Of a DNA stretch of 64,000 bases, positions 40,742-49,442 are shown one piece after another. The position numbers and the translations under genes were made by a program. The stretch is from a virus (lineage: Duplodnaviria > Caudoviricetes). The stretch lies in IMG/VR virus record IMGVR_UViG_3300011008_000999. One strand, written 5' to 3'. The first letter of the stretch is position 1; each line of letters opens with the position of its first letter. The notes under the pieces are model-generated. The model made no database searches. It was not told the origin of the DNA and worked only from the letters and a program-made list of their open reading frames with translations.

Positions 40742-41194
40742 TTATACCTCGTCTTCATCTCCATATCTATCTAGCAATTCCTTCATTCTCAAGAATGTAG
40801 GTTCATCTACTATATAATAGTTTTTGCTACTAGGACCAAAGCTAAATACTACTGCTGTGTGATCTTTCTTCATATAGATAGATTCTTCAAGATTTTTAGT
40901 AAACCAACCTTTCTTAACTGAAAAGCTTTCCTGATCCTTTACACAAGTCTTACATTCAATAAGCCAATTAGAATCAGTTACATCACCTTTATTATAAGGA
41001 GTAGCACCACTATTTGCTACAGTTTTTCCACCAATAGCCGATGCGACAGCTGTTTCTTGTTTCTTAGAAAAATAACGAGTAGGTTTCTTTTCACCAGTAT
41101 CTTTATGTTGTCTAAGAGCACTACTAGTAATAGTATCTTTATGCTGTCTAGACGAACTACTATTAGTACCTTCTTTTCGCTGTCTAAATTCCAT
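40742..41194 (-). CDS. PD-(D/E)XK Holliday-junction-resolvase-like nuclease
   Basis: SKKQE..VA, SGAT...KGDV, LIECKT. Confidence 0.75.
   Translation of the reverse strand: MEFRQRKEGTNSSSSRQHKDTITSSALRQHKDTGEKKPTRYFSKKQETAVASAIGGKTVANSGATPYNKGDVTDSNWLIECKTCVKDQESFSVKKGWFTKNLEESIYMKKDHTAVVFSFGPSSKNYYIVDEPTFLRMKELLDRYGDEDEV
41096..41186. repeat. Degenerate 36-bp tandem repeat (about 3 units) in the resolvase N-terminus
   Basis: agtatctttatg(t/c)tgtcta at 41096 and 41132; encodes RQHKDT units. Confidence 0.75.
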
Positions 41195-41196
41195 AA

Positions 41197-41661
41197 TTAC
41201 TCCTCGATCTTTATTGCGTCTGGTGAAGGAATAAGAGTTACATTGTAATCTCTATACATACCTAACCAACTATATCTACGAACTTCAAGATGTGGTTCAT
41301 CGTAGGTAATAGTAATAAGTGTATCTTCTGTAACTTCCTTACCATCTTTCATAAATGTTACCGTCTGATTTACATCATCACAGCTAATAATTTCAGTAGT
41401 GCTTAAAACTTCAAACTTAGCGTTTTCATTTTCAGGTGACATATTTTTATACGGAACAACAACAATTAATAGACTAATACAACTAACTACTACAAATATT
41501 ATAGCAATAGCTGGTACAAGCGCAGCATTAGATAAAGCCATAAGCTTATCCTTGAATTTAATCATTAATGCCGTAGTACAAGCTATAAGCACTAATGTAA
41601 GAATAATAGGAAGATATATACTTACACTTGAATGAATATTTCCATAAGAATAAGGTATCAT
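41197..41661 (-). CDS. Membrane protein
   Basis: Two TM helices followed by a small soluble domain. Confidence 0.7.
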   Translation of the reverse strand: MIPYSYGNIHSSVSIYLPIILTLVLIACTTALMIKFKDKLMALSNAALVPAIAIIFVVVSCISLLIVVVPYKNMSPENENAKFEVLSTTEIISCDDVNQTVTFMKDGKEVTEDTLITITYDEPHLEVRRYSWLGMYRDYNVTLIPSPDAIKIEE

Positions 41662-41765
41662 TTTTTGTTTAGGTCTCCTTTTTTATTATTGAAAAGTAGG
41701 AGGGGAATTGCACCCCTCAAGTTGTAGACTTCAGTGCTAAACTCACTGCTACCAATTTATTTTAT

Positions 41766-43109
41766 TTAGAAATCGTCATTAGACTCATCTGAGTTAGTGA
41801 CTGGCGCATAAGCAGTGTAGCTTACATCATTACCATCACCAAAGTCAGCATCTTCCTTTTCAGGCTTAGTCTCTTCCTTAACCTCTTCCGTAGTCTCTTC
41901 TTTTACTTCGTCCTTCTTTTCATTAGGAACATCATCTTCATTCTCAGGCTTTAAGTTGCTGATAGAAGCTTCAACACCTTTTTCTGCTTCAAGGATCTGA
42001 GCAAGATCATCATCATTGATGAGAGAAATATCCTTACCAGTCTTATTGATATAAGCTGATACTGCCTTCTCATATTCTGCTCTAAACTCATCATGAGTCT
42101 TGATGTAATCGACCATCTTTCCTTTACCAGCAAACTGAAGTTCCTTACCATCTGCATCAGTATAAGGAGTATCAGTACCAGGAATTACCAGCTGCCAAGT
42201 AACTGATGAAAGTTTTTTAGCAATTTCATACTTAGTGATGATCTCAATAAGGTCGGTGATTGTGTCAAGTCCAGAAGCAAATCTAAAGATAATCTTTGCA
42301 CCATTACGATTAAGAGCACCAAGTCTGTTCTTTGTAACAGAGAATGTTGCTACAATACCATCAGTATCTGCATCAGTCTGAGATGCTGCAACATCAATAT
42401 TATCTCCTTTAGTGAACTTACGATTTGCGAATCTTACCTTGATACAAGGATAGAAGTTAAGTGCATATCCACAAGGCTCTGTATAGATCTTAGCACCAGT
42501 AAATGTAGTACCAGCTACACGGGTGTGGTTGATGATAAGAAGAGTGTTACCTGCCTTAGCAATTGCAGGAACCATAAATTTGAGGAACTTACCCATTGAC
42601 TTAGCAATAGACGCTCTCTGACCATTATCCTTGGTAATATCATTATCAATATCAGCCTGAGAAAGAAGCATAGGTGCTGAGTCAATAATAATCATACCAA
42701 TATTGTCTGCTTCCTGAATCTTAATAATATCAGAGAAGATTTCTTCAGCAGATTTACCTGAGCAATCATATCTCATAAACTTATTAGGATCAAGATCAAG
42801 ACCAGTCATCTTGACAAACCATTCTACCTGACCAACAAGGGTCTCCTCTGCGTCCACATAAATACAGGTTTTGTCAGGATGTTTCTTCTGGAACTGTGCC
42901 ATAGCAAGACAAGCAAGTAATGACTTACAAGATCCAGATTCTCCAGCATAAACTACAAGCTTTCCTTCAGGAAGTCCACCATACAATGCGTAGTCTGCTG
43001 ACATTGTTCCCATTGAAAATCTAGCACATTCCGGAATAACATCTCCTGGTGTAAGTACCTCAGATTTCCATGCTTTGTTAATTTGTTTTGCGATGTCTAA
43101 TACATTCAT
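41766..43109 (-). CDS. recA: RecA/UvsX-like recombinase with acidic tail
   Basis: GGLPEGK, GESGSCKS, YVDAE, IIIDS, IINH, KNR. Confidence 0.9.
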   Translation of the reverse strand: MNVLDIAKQINKAWKSEVLTPGDVIPECARFSMGTMSADYALYGGLPEGKLVVYAGESGSCKSLLACLAMAQFQKKHPDKTCIYVDAEETLVGQVEWFVKMTGLDLDPNKFMRYDCSGKSAEEIFSDIIKIQEADNIGMIIIDSAPMLLSQADIDNDITKDNGQRASIAKSMGKFLKFMVPAIAKAGNTLLIINHTRVAGTTFTGAKIYTEPCGYALNFYPCIKVRFANRKFTKGDNIDVAASQTDADTDGIVATFSVTKNRLGALNRNGAKIIFRFASGLDTITDLIEIITKYEIAKKLSSVTWQLVIPGTDTPYTDADGKELQFAGKGKMVDYIKTHDEFRAEYEKAVSAYINKTGKDISLINDDDLAQILEAEKGVEASISNLKPENEDDVPNEKKDEVKEETTEEVKEETKPEKEDADFGDGNDVSYTAYAPVTNSDESNDDF

Positions 43110-43152
43110 TTCTTTTTTACTCCTTTAATCTTATATCTTACAATTTATATTG

Positions 43153-43470
43153 TCACCCAATACCAAAATTACTAGCGTGCGTTAATTCCGGTGGGGTTGC
43201 AATCTTTTCATAACTATTATTGGATTCATTCCATTTGTAAACAACTCTAGCTAAATCAACAGTTAATATACCTGGTTCCATTGTCTCAATAATGGCATAA
43301 TCATACATACCATCTCTCATGTCGCTGAAGTTGTTCTCTACTGCACAGTTTGCTTCTTCGAAACAGTCAAACCAGCCCACGCATCTACGCTCACCAAAGT
43401 CGTAAATACTTGGACTGATGGGATTATGACTGATCTTCTGAAACACTGTTACGGTATAGATTCTCTCCAT
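43153..43470 (-). CDS. Hypothetical protein
   Basis: RCVGWF...YDYAIIE pattern seen in small phage proteins. Confidence 0.7.
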   Translation of the reverse strand: MERIYTVTVFQKISHNPISPSIYDFGERRCVGWFDCFEEANCAVENNFSDMRDGMYDYAIIETMEPGILTVDLARVVYKWNESNNSYEKIATPPELTHASNFGIG

Positions 43471-43960
43471 CCTCTCTAACTCCTTTCAGTTTATTTTCAG
43501 CGTTTTTACTAATAAGGACGTTAGAAAGTATGTTTACAATTCGATGACCTTCATCTAATTTTGACTTCATACTATTGGCTACCGCGCTTTGGATCATTGT
43601 TACAACTTGCTTATCCATTGACTCAATTACCGCCTGATTACTTCGGACCGCCTGAGTTCCTGCTGTGCCGTTAAATATATCGGCTTGTGCGCCTTTAGAA
43701 ACGGCAATCGCACATTCTTGCATAAGCAGAGACATATCCTTTCGTTCAGAAAAGTAATATAATTCAATAGAAAGCTGCAGCATATAATCCTGCAGCTCCT
43801 TATTAGTCAAAGTAGTTAAATTATTCTTGATCTTTGCAATAATTGCATCGATATCCTTTGTGTTTCTGTCAACAGTTTCCTTAACAATAGGCTTAAGAGC
43901 ATTATAGATCTCAGAAACCTCTTTCTTTGCCTCATTTACTTTGTTAATATCAACCATCAC
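43424..43960 (-). CDS. Helical hypothetical protein
   Basis: AAGGAG RBS; upstream of recA. Confidence 0.7.
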   Translation of the reverse strand: MMVDINKVNEAKKEVSEIYNALKPIVKETVDRNTKDIDAIIAKIKNNLTTLTNKELQDYMLQLSIELYYFSERKDMSLLMQECAIAVSKGAQADIFNGTAGTQAVRSNQAVIESMDKQVVTMIQSAVANSMKSKLDEGHRIVNILSNVLISKNAENKLKGVREDGENLYRNSVSEDQS

Positions 43961-44092
43961 ATTCTCCTTGCTTCTTTATATCTTACACTATTTTTATACT
44001 CATTAAGCTGAAATACATTAGCATCAGTTTTGTTATCAAAATTATTTATCATACACATCATTCTTTTGAATTTTTCATCTTTGAGTTCTTTC

Positions 44093-44260
44093 TTATACTT
44101 CTTCCAGTTATCTTGACACTCCCCATGCCTAAAGGCAGGGGATTCTTGTTTCAGCCACTACTGCGTTCCTAACAAGTAACCTTGTTGGCTCGTCTTACAC
44201 AATGTCCACAAGCGTAAATTCCCGTATGCCCTACGGTATTTTTATATGTTAGGCTACTGA
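44093..44260 (-). ncRNA. Predicted TnpB omega/reRNA scaffold plus guide
   Basis: Structured right end downstream of tnpB; guide would be flanking GATAACTGGAAGAAGTATAA; 5-prime boundary approximate. Confidence 0.65.
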
Positions 44261-45415
44261 AAGCCCTTTGTTTAAGATGTTTAGGCTTGCATTAGTGTCT
44301 CTATCGTGCTTTGTATGGCATTTAGGACACTCCCATTCTCTAACAGAGAGGTTCTTTACAAGTGGATTTTTATATCCACAACAGCTACATGTTTGACTAC
44401 TAGGATACATGGTCGGAACTTTAATTATTTCATTTCCATACCAAGTGGCTTTGTATTCAAGCATTGTAAAGAATTTAGACCATGAGCAGCTTGCTATGTG
44501 TTGCGCAAGCTTATGGTTGCGCACCATCCCCTTAATATTTAAGTCCTCTATACAGATAGTTTGGTTTTCGCTAACAAGTATAGTTGACTGTTTTTGAAGG
44601 AAATCGTTGCGCTGATTAGTTATCTTCTCATGGACTTTAGCTACTTTAACACGCTGTTTATTGCGATTATTAGAACTTTTCTGCTTACGAGAAAGCCTGC
44701 GTTGTTCTCTGATAAGTTTACGCATAGATTTCTCTAAATACTTAGGGTTGTTGACAATATTGCCGTTGCTGTCGGAGTAAAATTCTTTAATACCGACATC
44801 AATGCCAATCACGCCGCCTGCATTTGGTCGATATTCGGGTTCAAAATCAACATTCAGCACTACAAAGTATTTACCTGTGGGAGTGTGTTCTATCGTAGCA
44901 TTATTGATACGTCCCACTTTCATAGACTGTTTGACTTTGACATATCCAAGCTTCGGGAGCTTAATATAATTCCCGACTATGCGAATGTTATCACCTTGGT
45001 TAATGGTCCTGTAGGACTGATGATTATTATGCTTACTCTTGAACTGCGGATGTCTTGCACGTTTCTCAAAGAAATTTTTAAATCCACGGTCTAAATCTCT
45101 CAAAGATTGTTGAAGTGCAATAGAATCAACAACTTTCAAAAAAGCAAAATCATCAGACCTTTTTAATTCCGTAAGCATAGCAGATGTTTGATTGTATCCT
45201 ATTTTTTGACCATTAACGTAGGCATTATTACGCATAGCAAGACCTTTGTTGTAGATGAGTCTGCAACAACCAAGTGTTTGATTTATTAAGTTTTGCTGCT
45301 CTTTATTAGGATATATCCTAAACTTAACACCTTTATTCATTGGCTAATCCTTTACATATTGGCTATTGTCGCTTATATCCCCATAGCTAAAGCTAGGGGT
45401 TTTACGCTCGTCTTG
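44113..45415 (-). mobile_element. IS200/IS605-family non-autonomous element (TnpB only, IS1341-like)
   Basis: Left-end hairpin CCCCTAGCTTTAGCTATGGGG just after TTAT; right-end hairpin CCCCTGCCTTTAGGCATGGGG ending GTGTCAA; no tnpA. Confidence 0.9.
44249..45340 (-). CDS. tnpB: RNA-guided endonuclease TnpB
   Basis: KFRIYPN HTH; RuvC GIDVG, IEDL, DRDTNA; Zn ribbon CSCCG/CPKC. Confidence 0.96.
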   Translation of the reverse strand: MNKGVKFRIYPNKEQQNLINQTLGCCRLIYNKGLAMRNNAYVNGQKIGYNQTSAMLTELKRSDDFAFLKVVDSIALQQSLRDLDRGFKNFFEKRARHPQFKSKHNNHQSYRTINQGDNIRIVGNYIKLPKLGYVKVKQSMKVGRINNATIEHTPTGKYFVVLNVDFEPEYRPNAGGVIGIDVGIKEFYSDSNGNIVNNPKYLEKSMRKLIREQRRLSRKQKSSNNRNKQRVKVAKVHEKITNQRNDFLQKQSTILVSENQTICIEDLNIKGMVRNHKLAQHIASCSWSKFFTMLEYKATWYGNEIIKVPTMYPSSQTCSCCGYKNPLVKNLSVREWECPKCHTKHDRDTNASLNILNKGLSVA

Positions 45416-45800
45416 ATAACTCTTAAGACCGTACCAATCAAACTCAAAAATACATTTAATATGCTCATTATCCTTAATTAGAAATCTTACTACAAACATT
45501 TCAATGAGCATAGAACTTCCTAACATTGCAATACATACCACACATCCGATAAATGCGTTGTTACCATAAGGATCAGGGGCATCTACACCACTTGCGCAAA
45601 ACAAAAATCCAGGAAGACTGAATACTAAAAATGCATACTTAACAAGTGAAAGCACAATTGCCAAACTACGTCTTGTCTTAGTTAAAAACTCCTTTGTAAA
45701 AATCTGTTCCAGCATGATAAATACCTCCTTAATAAATATTTATAGTTATATTATATCAAGGAGGTATTCATTTGTAAATAGTTTTTATACTAAAGTACTA

Positions 45801-46730
45801 TTAATTGTCATTCTTTTTATGACCTTCGGTCTTATTTACTGAAGTAGAATCTAACTCCTTATTGTTATCAGTTGTATCTTCTTCAAGAGTAGTCTCGTCT
45901 TCATCTGGAGTAGTAACTAAACCTTCTTCTTCGACCTCATACATCTGCATGAAAGTATTCATTACATACTCTTCATAATCACCTTTTTCTGCACTAAGTA
46001 CTTCATCAGGAATTATAACTCCATCAGTAGTAAGTGTCATGAAAAGGTAACCAGTCTCGACGTCAGACATCTCAGCAGAACCAGTCATTTCAGAACTTGC
46101 TGCGATAAAGTTAAGATCTTTATCAAAGTAATAAATTATTTCAGTCTGATTCTCATCAGTATCATTATAAATAGCTGCGATATAAGTGATTCCATTAAGA
46201 TCTCTATCTTCGATTCTAGTATTTTCAGGGAAAGTCTGATCCTTTATAGAATCAGTTTCATCAGTCATGGTTAAACCACTATTATCTAAATCATAATCAT
46301 CAGAAAACCACTTTTCCTGAGCTGTATCATAGTAGTAAATAGTATCATCTACCATATATGCGTTAATATAATTTGCAATGTAAGTATAAGTTACTCCATC
46401 ACCATCGCTCATTGCCATATAAAGATCATCTTCAGTATAAGATGTAACATCAGAAGATACATACATCTTCATTGTGAAGTTCTTCATATCTGCAAACTGA
46501 TTCTGCATAGCTTCAGTAAGCTGTTCTGCTGTAGGATATTCTGCTACTTCTTCAGTAGGAGTAGGTTCTTTATCATCTACTACCTCTTTAGCCGTCTCAA
46601 CCTCAGCAGTTACCTGCTTCTTACCTATAGTGGTATCAGTCTTTCCACAAGCTGCAAGCATTGATACGCATGAAAGAACTAAAAGTACACCAACTAATTT
46701 CTTTTTCATAACTTCTCCTTTAAATAACAC
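45801..46730 (-). CDS. Acidic lipoprotein
   Basis: Lipobox LAAC. Confidence 0.75.
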   Translation of the reverse strand: MLFKGEVMKKKLVGVLLVLSCVSMLAACGKTDTTIGKKQVTAEVETAKEVVDDKEPTPTEEVAEYPTAEQLTEAMQNQFADMKNFTMKMYVSSDVTSYTEDDLYMAMSDGDGVTYTYIANYINAYMVDDTIYYYDTAQEKWFSDDYDLDNSGLTMTDETDSIKDQTFPENTRIEDRDLNGITYIAAIYNDTDENQTEIIYYFDKDLNFIAASSEMTGSAEMSDVETGYLFMTLTTDGVIIPDEVLSAEKGDYEEYVMNTFMQMYEVEEEGLVTTPDEDETTLEEDTTDNNKELDSTSVNKTEGHKKNDN

Positions 46731-46768
46731 TATTTATATTCTACGGAACTATTCCATGAATAAACTAT

Positions 46769-46806
46769 AAAAAATTGGAGCTATATAAGACTATATAACT
46801 CCAATT
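46769..46806 (-). terminator. Intrinsic terminator
   Basis: TTGGAGTTATATAG/TTATATAGCTCCAA stem then T-run. Confidence 0.7.
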
Positions 46807-46818
46807 ACATAAATTATC

Positions 46819-47406
46819 TTATTTTGAAGACTTCTTAGATGTAGATGACTTCGTACTAGAAGACTTCTTAGCTGTAGACTTGCTAGCAGTAGATTTACTT
46901 GCAGATTTAGAAGTAGACTTGCTAGAAGACTTCTTTGCTGGTGCCTTCTTAGGTGTTGTAGCTGTCTTTGTAGCAGGCTTAACTGTCTTTTTCTTGACAG
47001 TAGACTTAGTACGAGGGAAAACTTCCATAATCTCCTTCATATCTTCCTGATATACTTTATTGCCAAACACATACTTAAGAGCTGCGATAGCAAGACCTTT
47101 CTCATAATCAAATACATCATCTGGACCACACTTAGCAGTAGTCTTTGTTCCATCTTTCCAGAAGATAACAACTGCCGAATCCTGACAAATAACATTGTCA
47201 ATGAAATTTGTGAGCTTAGGTGTAAAATTCTTTGCTCTATGACAAGCAGCACATTCCTTTACAGTTTCAGCTGCCTTCTTAGCCGTCTTTTCAGCAGTCT
47301 TAGCAGCAGATCTTCCAACAGTAACTACCTTTACAGGTACATCAGAAAGTGCTCCAAAAATACCACCAATTATTTCATCAATTAATTCTTCTTCGCGTTT
47401 AGACAT
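46819..47406 (-). CDS. Conserved phage-type protein with histone H1-like K/S/A/T-rich tail
   Basis: VIFWKDGTKTTAKC..DD.FDYEKGLA core; C-terminal KKSSSKSTSKSASK tail. Confidence 0.75.
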   Translation of the reverse strand: MSKREEELIDEIIGGIFGALSDVPVKVVTVGRSAAKTAEKTAKKAAETVKECAACHRAKNFTPKLTNFIDNVICQDSAVVIFWKDGTKTTAKCGPDDVFDYEKGLAIAALKYVFGNKVYQEDMKEIMEVFPRTKSTVKKKTVKPATKTATTPKKAPAKKSSSKSTSKSASKSTASKSTAKKSSSTKSSTSKKSSK

Positions 47407-47438
47407 GTCTATACCTCTTTTCTTAATATTTGAACATT

Positions 47439-47458
47439 TGTATAATTAAATAGCTCTT
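47439..47458 (-). promoter_or_regulatory. Class II motif (AAGAGCTATTTAATTATACA)
   Basis: Identical 20-mer at 55646-55665; core CTATTTAAT also at 2858, 2963, 8903, 21699, all intergenic. Confidence 0.6.
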
Positions 47459-47464
47459 CGCTAC

Positions 47465-47752
47465 TTAACGATCTTCAGGATGCTGATCTACCATAATAGT
47501 TCCATCAGCATTATATCTTACACATACTCCACAACCATTATATCCATCATATAACAAATAATGTACTCCGGTCTCTGGATCAACATAATCCATAATCTGA
47601 TCATCATGCGCGTATGTAAGTTCCTTATAGTAATCTGCATCGTTTTTTACAATATTAGTAGTATCATCTGGTACACTACAACTAGATAAAAATAACGTAC
47701 AAAATAGCATAGCAATAACTGCTATACTATTTCTAATTGAATGTATTTTCAT
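47465..47752 (-). CDS. Small lipoprotein (DUF6440-like)
   Basis: LSSC lipobox; VDPETGVHYL...RYNADG. Confidence 0.7.
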   Translation of the reverse strand: MKIHSIRNSIAVIAMLFCTLFLSSCSVPDDTTNIVKNDADYYKELTYAHDDQIMDYVDPETGVHYLLYDGYNGCGVCVRYNADGTIMVDQHPEDR

Positions 47753-47774
47753 AATAATCTCCTTTTATAAGATA

Positions 47775-47890
47775 TAGAGCGAGTTGGATTCGAACCAACG
47801 ATTGGCTGTTTCCCTTGAATTAGGTAGCGGTTAAAATCACAAAAATGATTCATTTTTATGACAGCTGCCTTCCCACTTGGCTATCGCTCT
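47775..47890 (-). ncRNA. tRNA-like RNA with a 51-nt anticodon loop carrying the shared 25-nt motif
   Basis: Acceptor AGAGCGA/TCGCTCT, D arm GCC..GGC, stem GCTGT/ACAGC, T arm GTTGG-TTCGAAT-CCAAC. Confidence 0.8.
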
Positions 47891-47892
47891 AA

Positions 47893-47965
47893 CTGGGGTA
47901 GCGGGACTCGAACCCACAAATAACGGAATCAAAATCCGTTGCCTTAACCATTTGGCGATACCCCA
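47893..47965 (-). tRNA. tRNA-Gln(TTG)
   Basis: Cloverleaf; ACGGA-TT TTG AT-TCCGT. Confidence 0.93.
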
Positions 47966-48405
47966 ATATAATATCACGTTACGTCTAACGTTAACTACGT
48001 ATCCGATTTTCATATATCAACTATACGTTTCATTGATATACTAGATTGACCTTTTTACGTCCGTCGACAACCATTAAGGAAGGTATTGTTCAATCACTCC
48101 TCGAACCTGTACGGGCACCACCCCGTGGTCTGTTCATATCACGCCTCTGGTTATTACTGCAACCTACACAGTTCTCTCTCGATCCATCTGCTTGAGGCAC
48201 TAATTTAAGGTTCCACATACTTTACAGAGCTTTTCCCATTACTCCGACCTTCTGCTTGGGTCTAACGTTATATCCTGTATAGATGAAAGGTGGTTTAATC
48301 CATTCACCGAGCTAATAGTCAACATTTCGTATAACTAATCGCTTCTGCTACCATACAGAATCGTATCCTACGGCCATCTTTTTGGTAAAGGTTCAGGCGA
48401 CCTTA
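47966..48405 (-). ncRNA. Candidate large structured ncRNA (about 440 nt)
   Basis: ORF-free, GC-elevated, several hairpins, lies between tRNA-His and tRNA-Gln. Confidence 0.5.
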
Positions 48406-48407
48406 AG

Positions 48408-48482
48408 GGTGACTGATGGGATTCGAACCCATGATCTCTGGAGCCACAATCCAGCGTTCTAACCAACTGAACTACAGCCACC
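48408..48482 (-). tRNA. tRNA-His(GTG)
   Basis: CTGGA-TT GTG GC-TCCAG; encoded G-1 and C73. Confidence 0.93.
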
Positions 48483-48696
48483 ATATAGAACCTTTCGCTA
48501 TACCGTCTTGTACTTTGGCAATATAGCTGCTAAGTGATTTGGTAGGTTCTTTATCCATGTTTATTCATGGTACCAAACCGTCTCTCTCGCCGTTTTTAAT
48601 AGGTAGGCACCGCAGGAAACCACTCGCATCCTAAATCTTACTGCCTATTCAGTTTTGTCACTAAAGATTGATCAGATCTTCGTATGTAACAAAATT

Positions 48697-48821
48697 AGAT
48701 AACTACGGAATCGAACCGTCTCATAGCCATACTTCCAAAGTTTCCTTTGTCTGTAGACTCGAACCACTTTCAACCCTTCACCCGTCGGTACATCAGGTTC
48801 CTCGCCATTAAGGAGTTATCT
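48697..48821 (-). ncRNA. tRNA-like RNA with expanded central region
   Basis: AGATAACT/AGTTATCT closing stem, D-like CCT..AGG, T arm ACGG-TTCGATT-CCGT, second internal GGTTCGAGTC. Confidence 0.6.
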
Positions 48822-48824
48822 AAG

Positions 48825-48923
48825 TGGATGGTTATGGAGTCGAACCATTATTACTTGCATACCCTCAAAGTTACACGCTGTTAGTTGTCGACGTTTAACA
48901 GGTCGCCTTGTGTATACCATCCA
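48825..48923 (-). ncRNA. tRNA-like RNA (acceptor + T arm, non-canonical interior)
   Basis: TGGATGG/CCATCCA; ATGG-TTCGACT-CCAT. Confidence 0.6.
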
Positions 48924-49114
48924 TAATCTATAAGAGCTACTAACTTATAGACAATTGAGAACGATTACCGTTTCTGTGTCGTTAAAGTATATATCATTTC
49001 AACTCTAACTGGTACTGTGTCCGGGGCTATTCTCGGTTCGGTAGACTTATGCCGTGACTATTTTCATAATATGGCTCATCATTTCTGACTGTCTACTCAG
49101 CTTTTGTCATTATC

Positions 49115-49321
49115 TTATTCAATATCCTCTTCTTCAGGATGACGAAGATGATGAATAAATCTTTTTATTTTTTCAATAATATACCATACAATAGATACTA
49201 TGATTATTAGTATTAATGCTGGTCCACCACCATTACTAATTACTTCTGTAATAAAACCTAAAAAAGCAATTATTCCTAAAGTCCATAGTAATAATGAAAG
49301 TCCATCAAAATCTTCATTCAT
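49115..49321 (-). CDS. Small membrane protein
   Basis: Two TM helices, GAGG RBS. Confidence 0.65.
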   Translation of the reverse strand: MNEDFDGLSLLLWTLGIIAFLGFITEVISNGGGPALILIIIVSIVWYIIEKIKRFIHHLRHPEEEDIE

Positions 49322-49410
49322 TTTTACTACCTCATTATTAATGGTTAGCTTACTTTATTATATTATCACATATTCTATTATAAGTAAATAGTTTTTTAAA
49401 ATTTTTTTAA

Positions 49411-49440
49411 TGTATAGGTCCCTAAAAAGAGACCTATACA
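49411..49440 (-). terminator. Intrinsic terminator after the coiled-coil gene
   Basis: TGTATAGGTC/GACCTATACA stem. Confidence 0.65.
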
Positions 49441-49442
49441 AT

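Larger units (their letters stand above)
43957..45715 (-). pseudogene. Membrane protein gene (about 151 aa) interrupted by the TnpB element
   Basis: 45715..45416 (100 codons, ...GLKSY) joins in frame to 44112..43957 (DNWKKYKKELK...EARRM*). Confidence 0.8.

Noticed and set aside
41096-41186. 36-bp periodic repeat as a mini CRISPR array
   Set aside because: It is in-frame coding sequence with degenerate units and no unique spacers of CRISPR size.
44113-45415. IStron (group I intron-IS fusion)
   Set aside because: Only about 75 nt separate the left end from the tnpB start, leaving no room for an intron core.
45344-45715. 123-aa ORF as a complete gene
   Set aside because: Its last ~23 codons read into the IS left end; the native C-terminus lies at 43957-44112.
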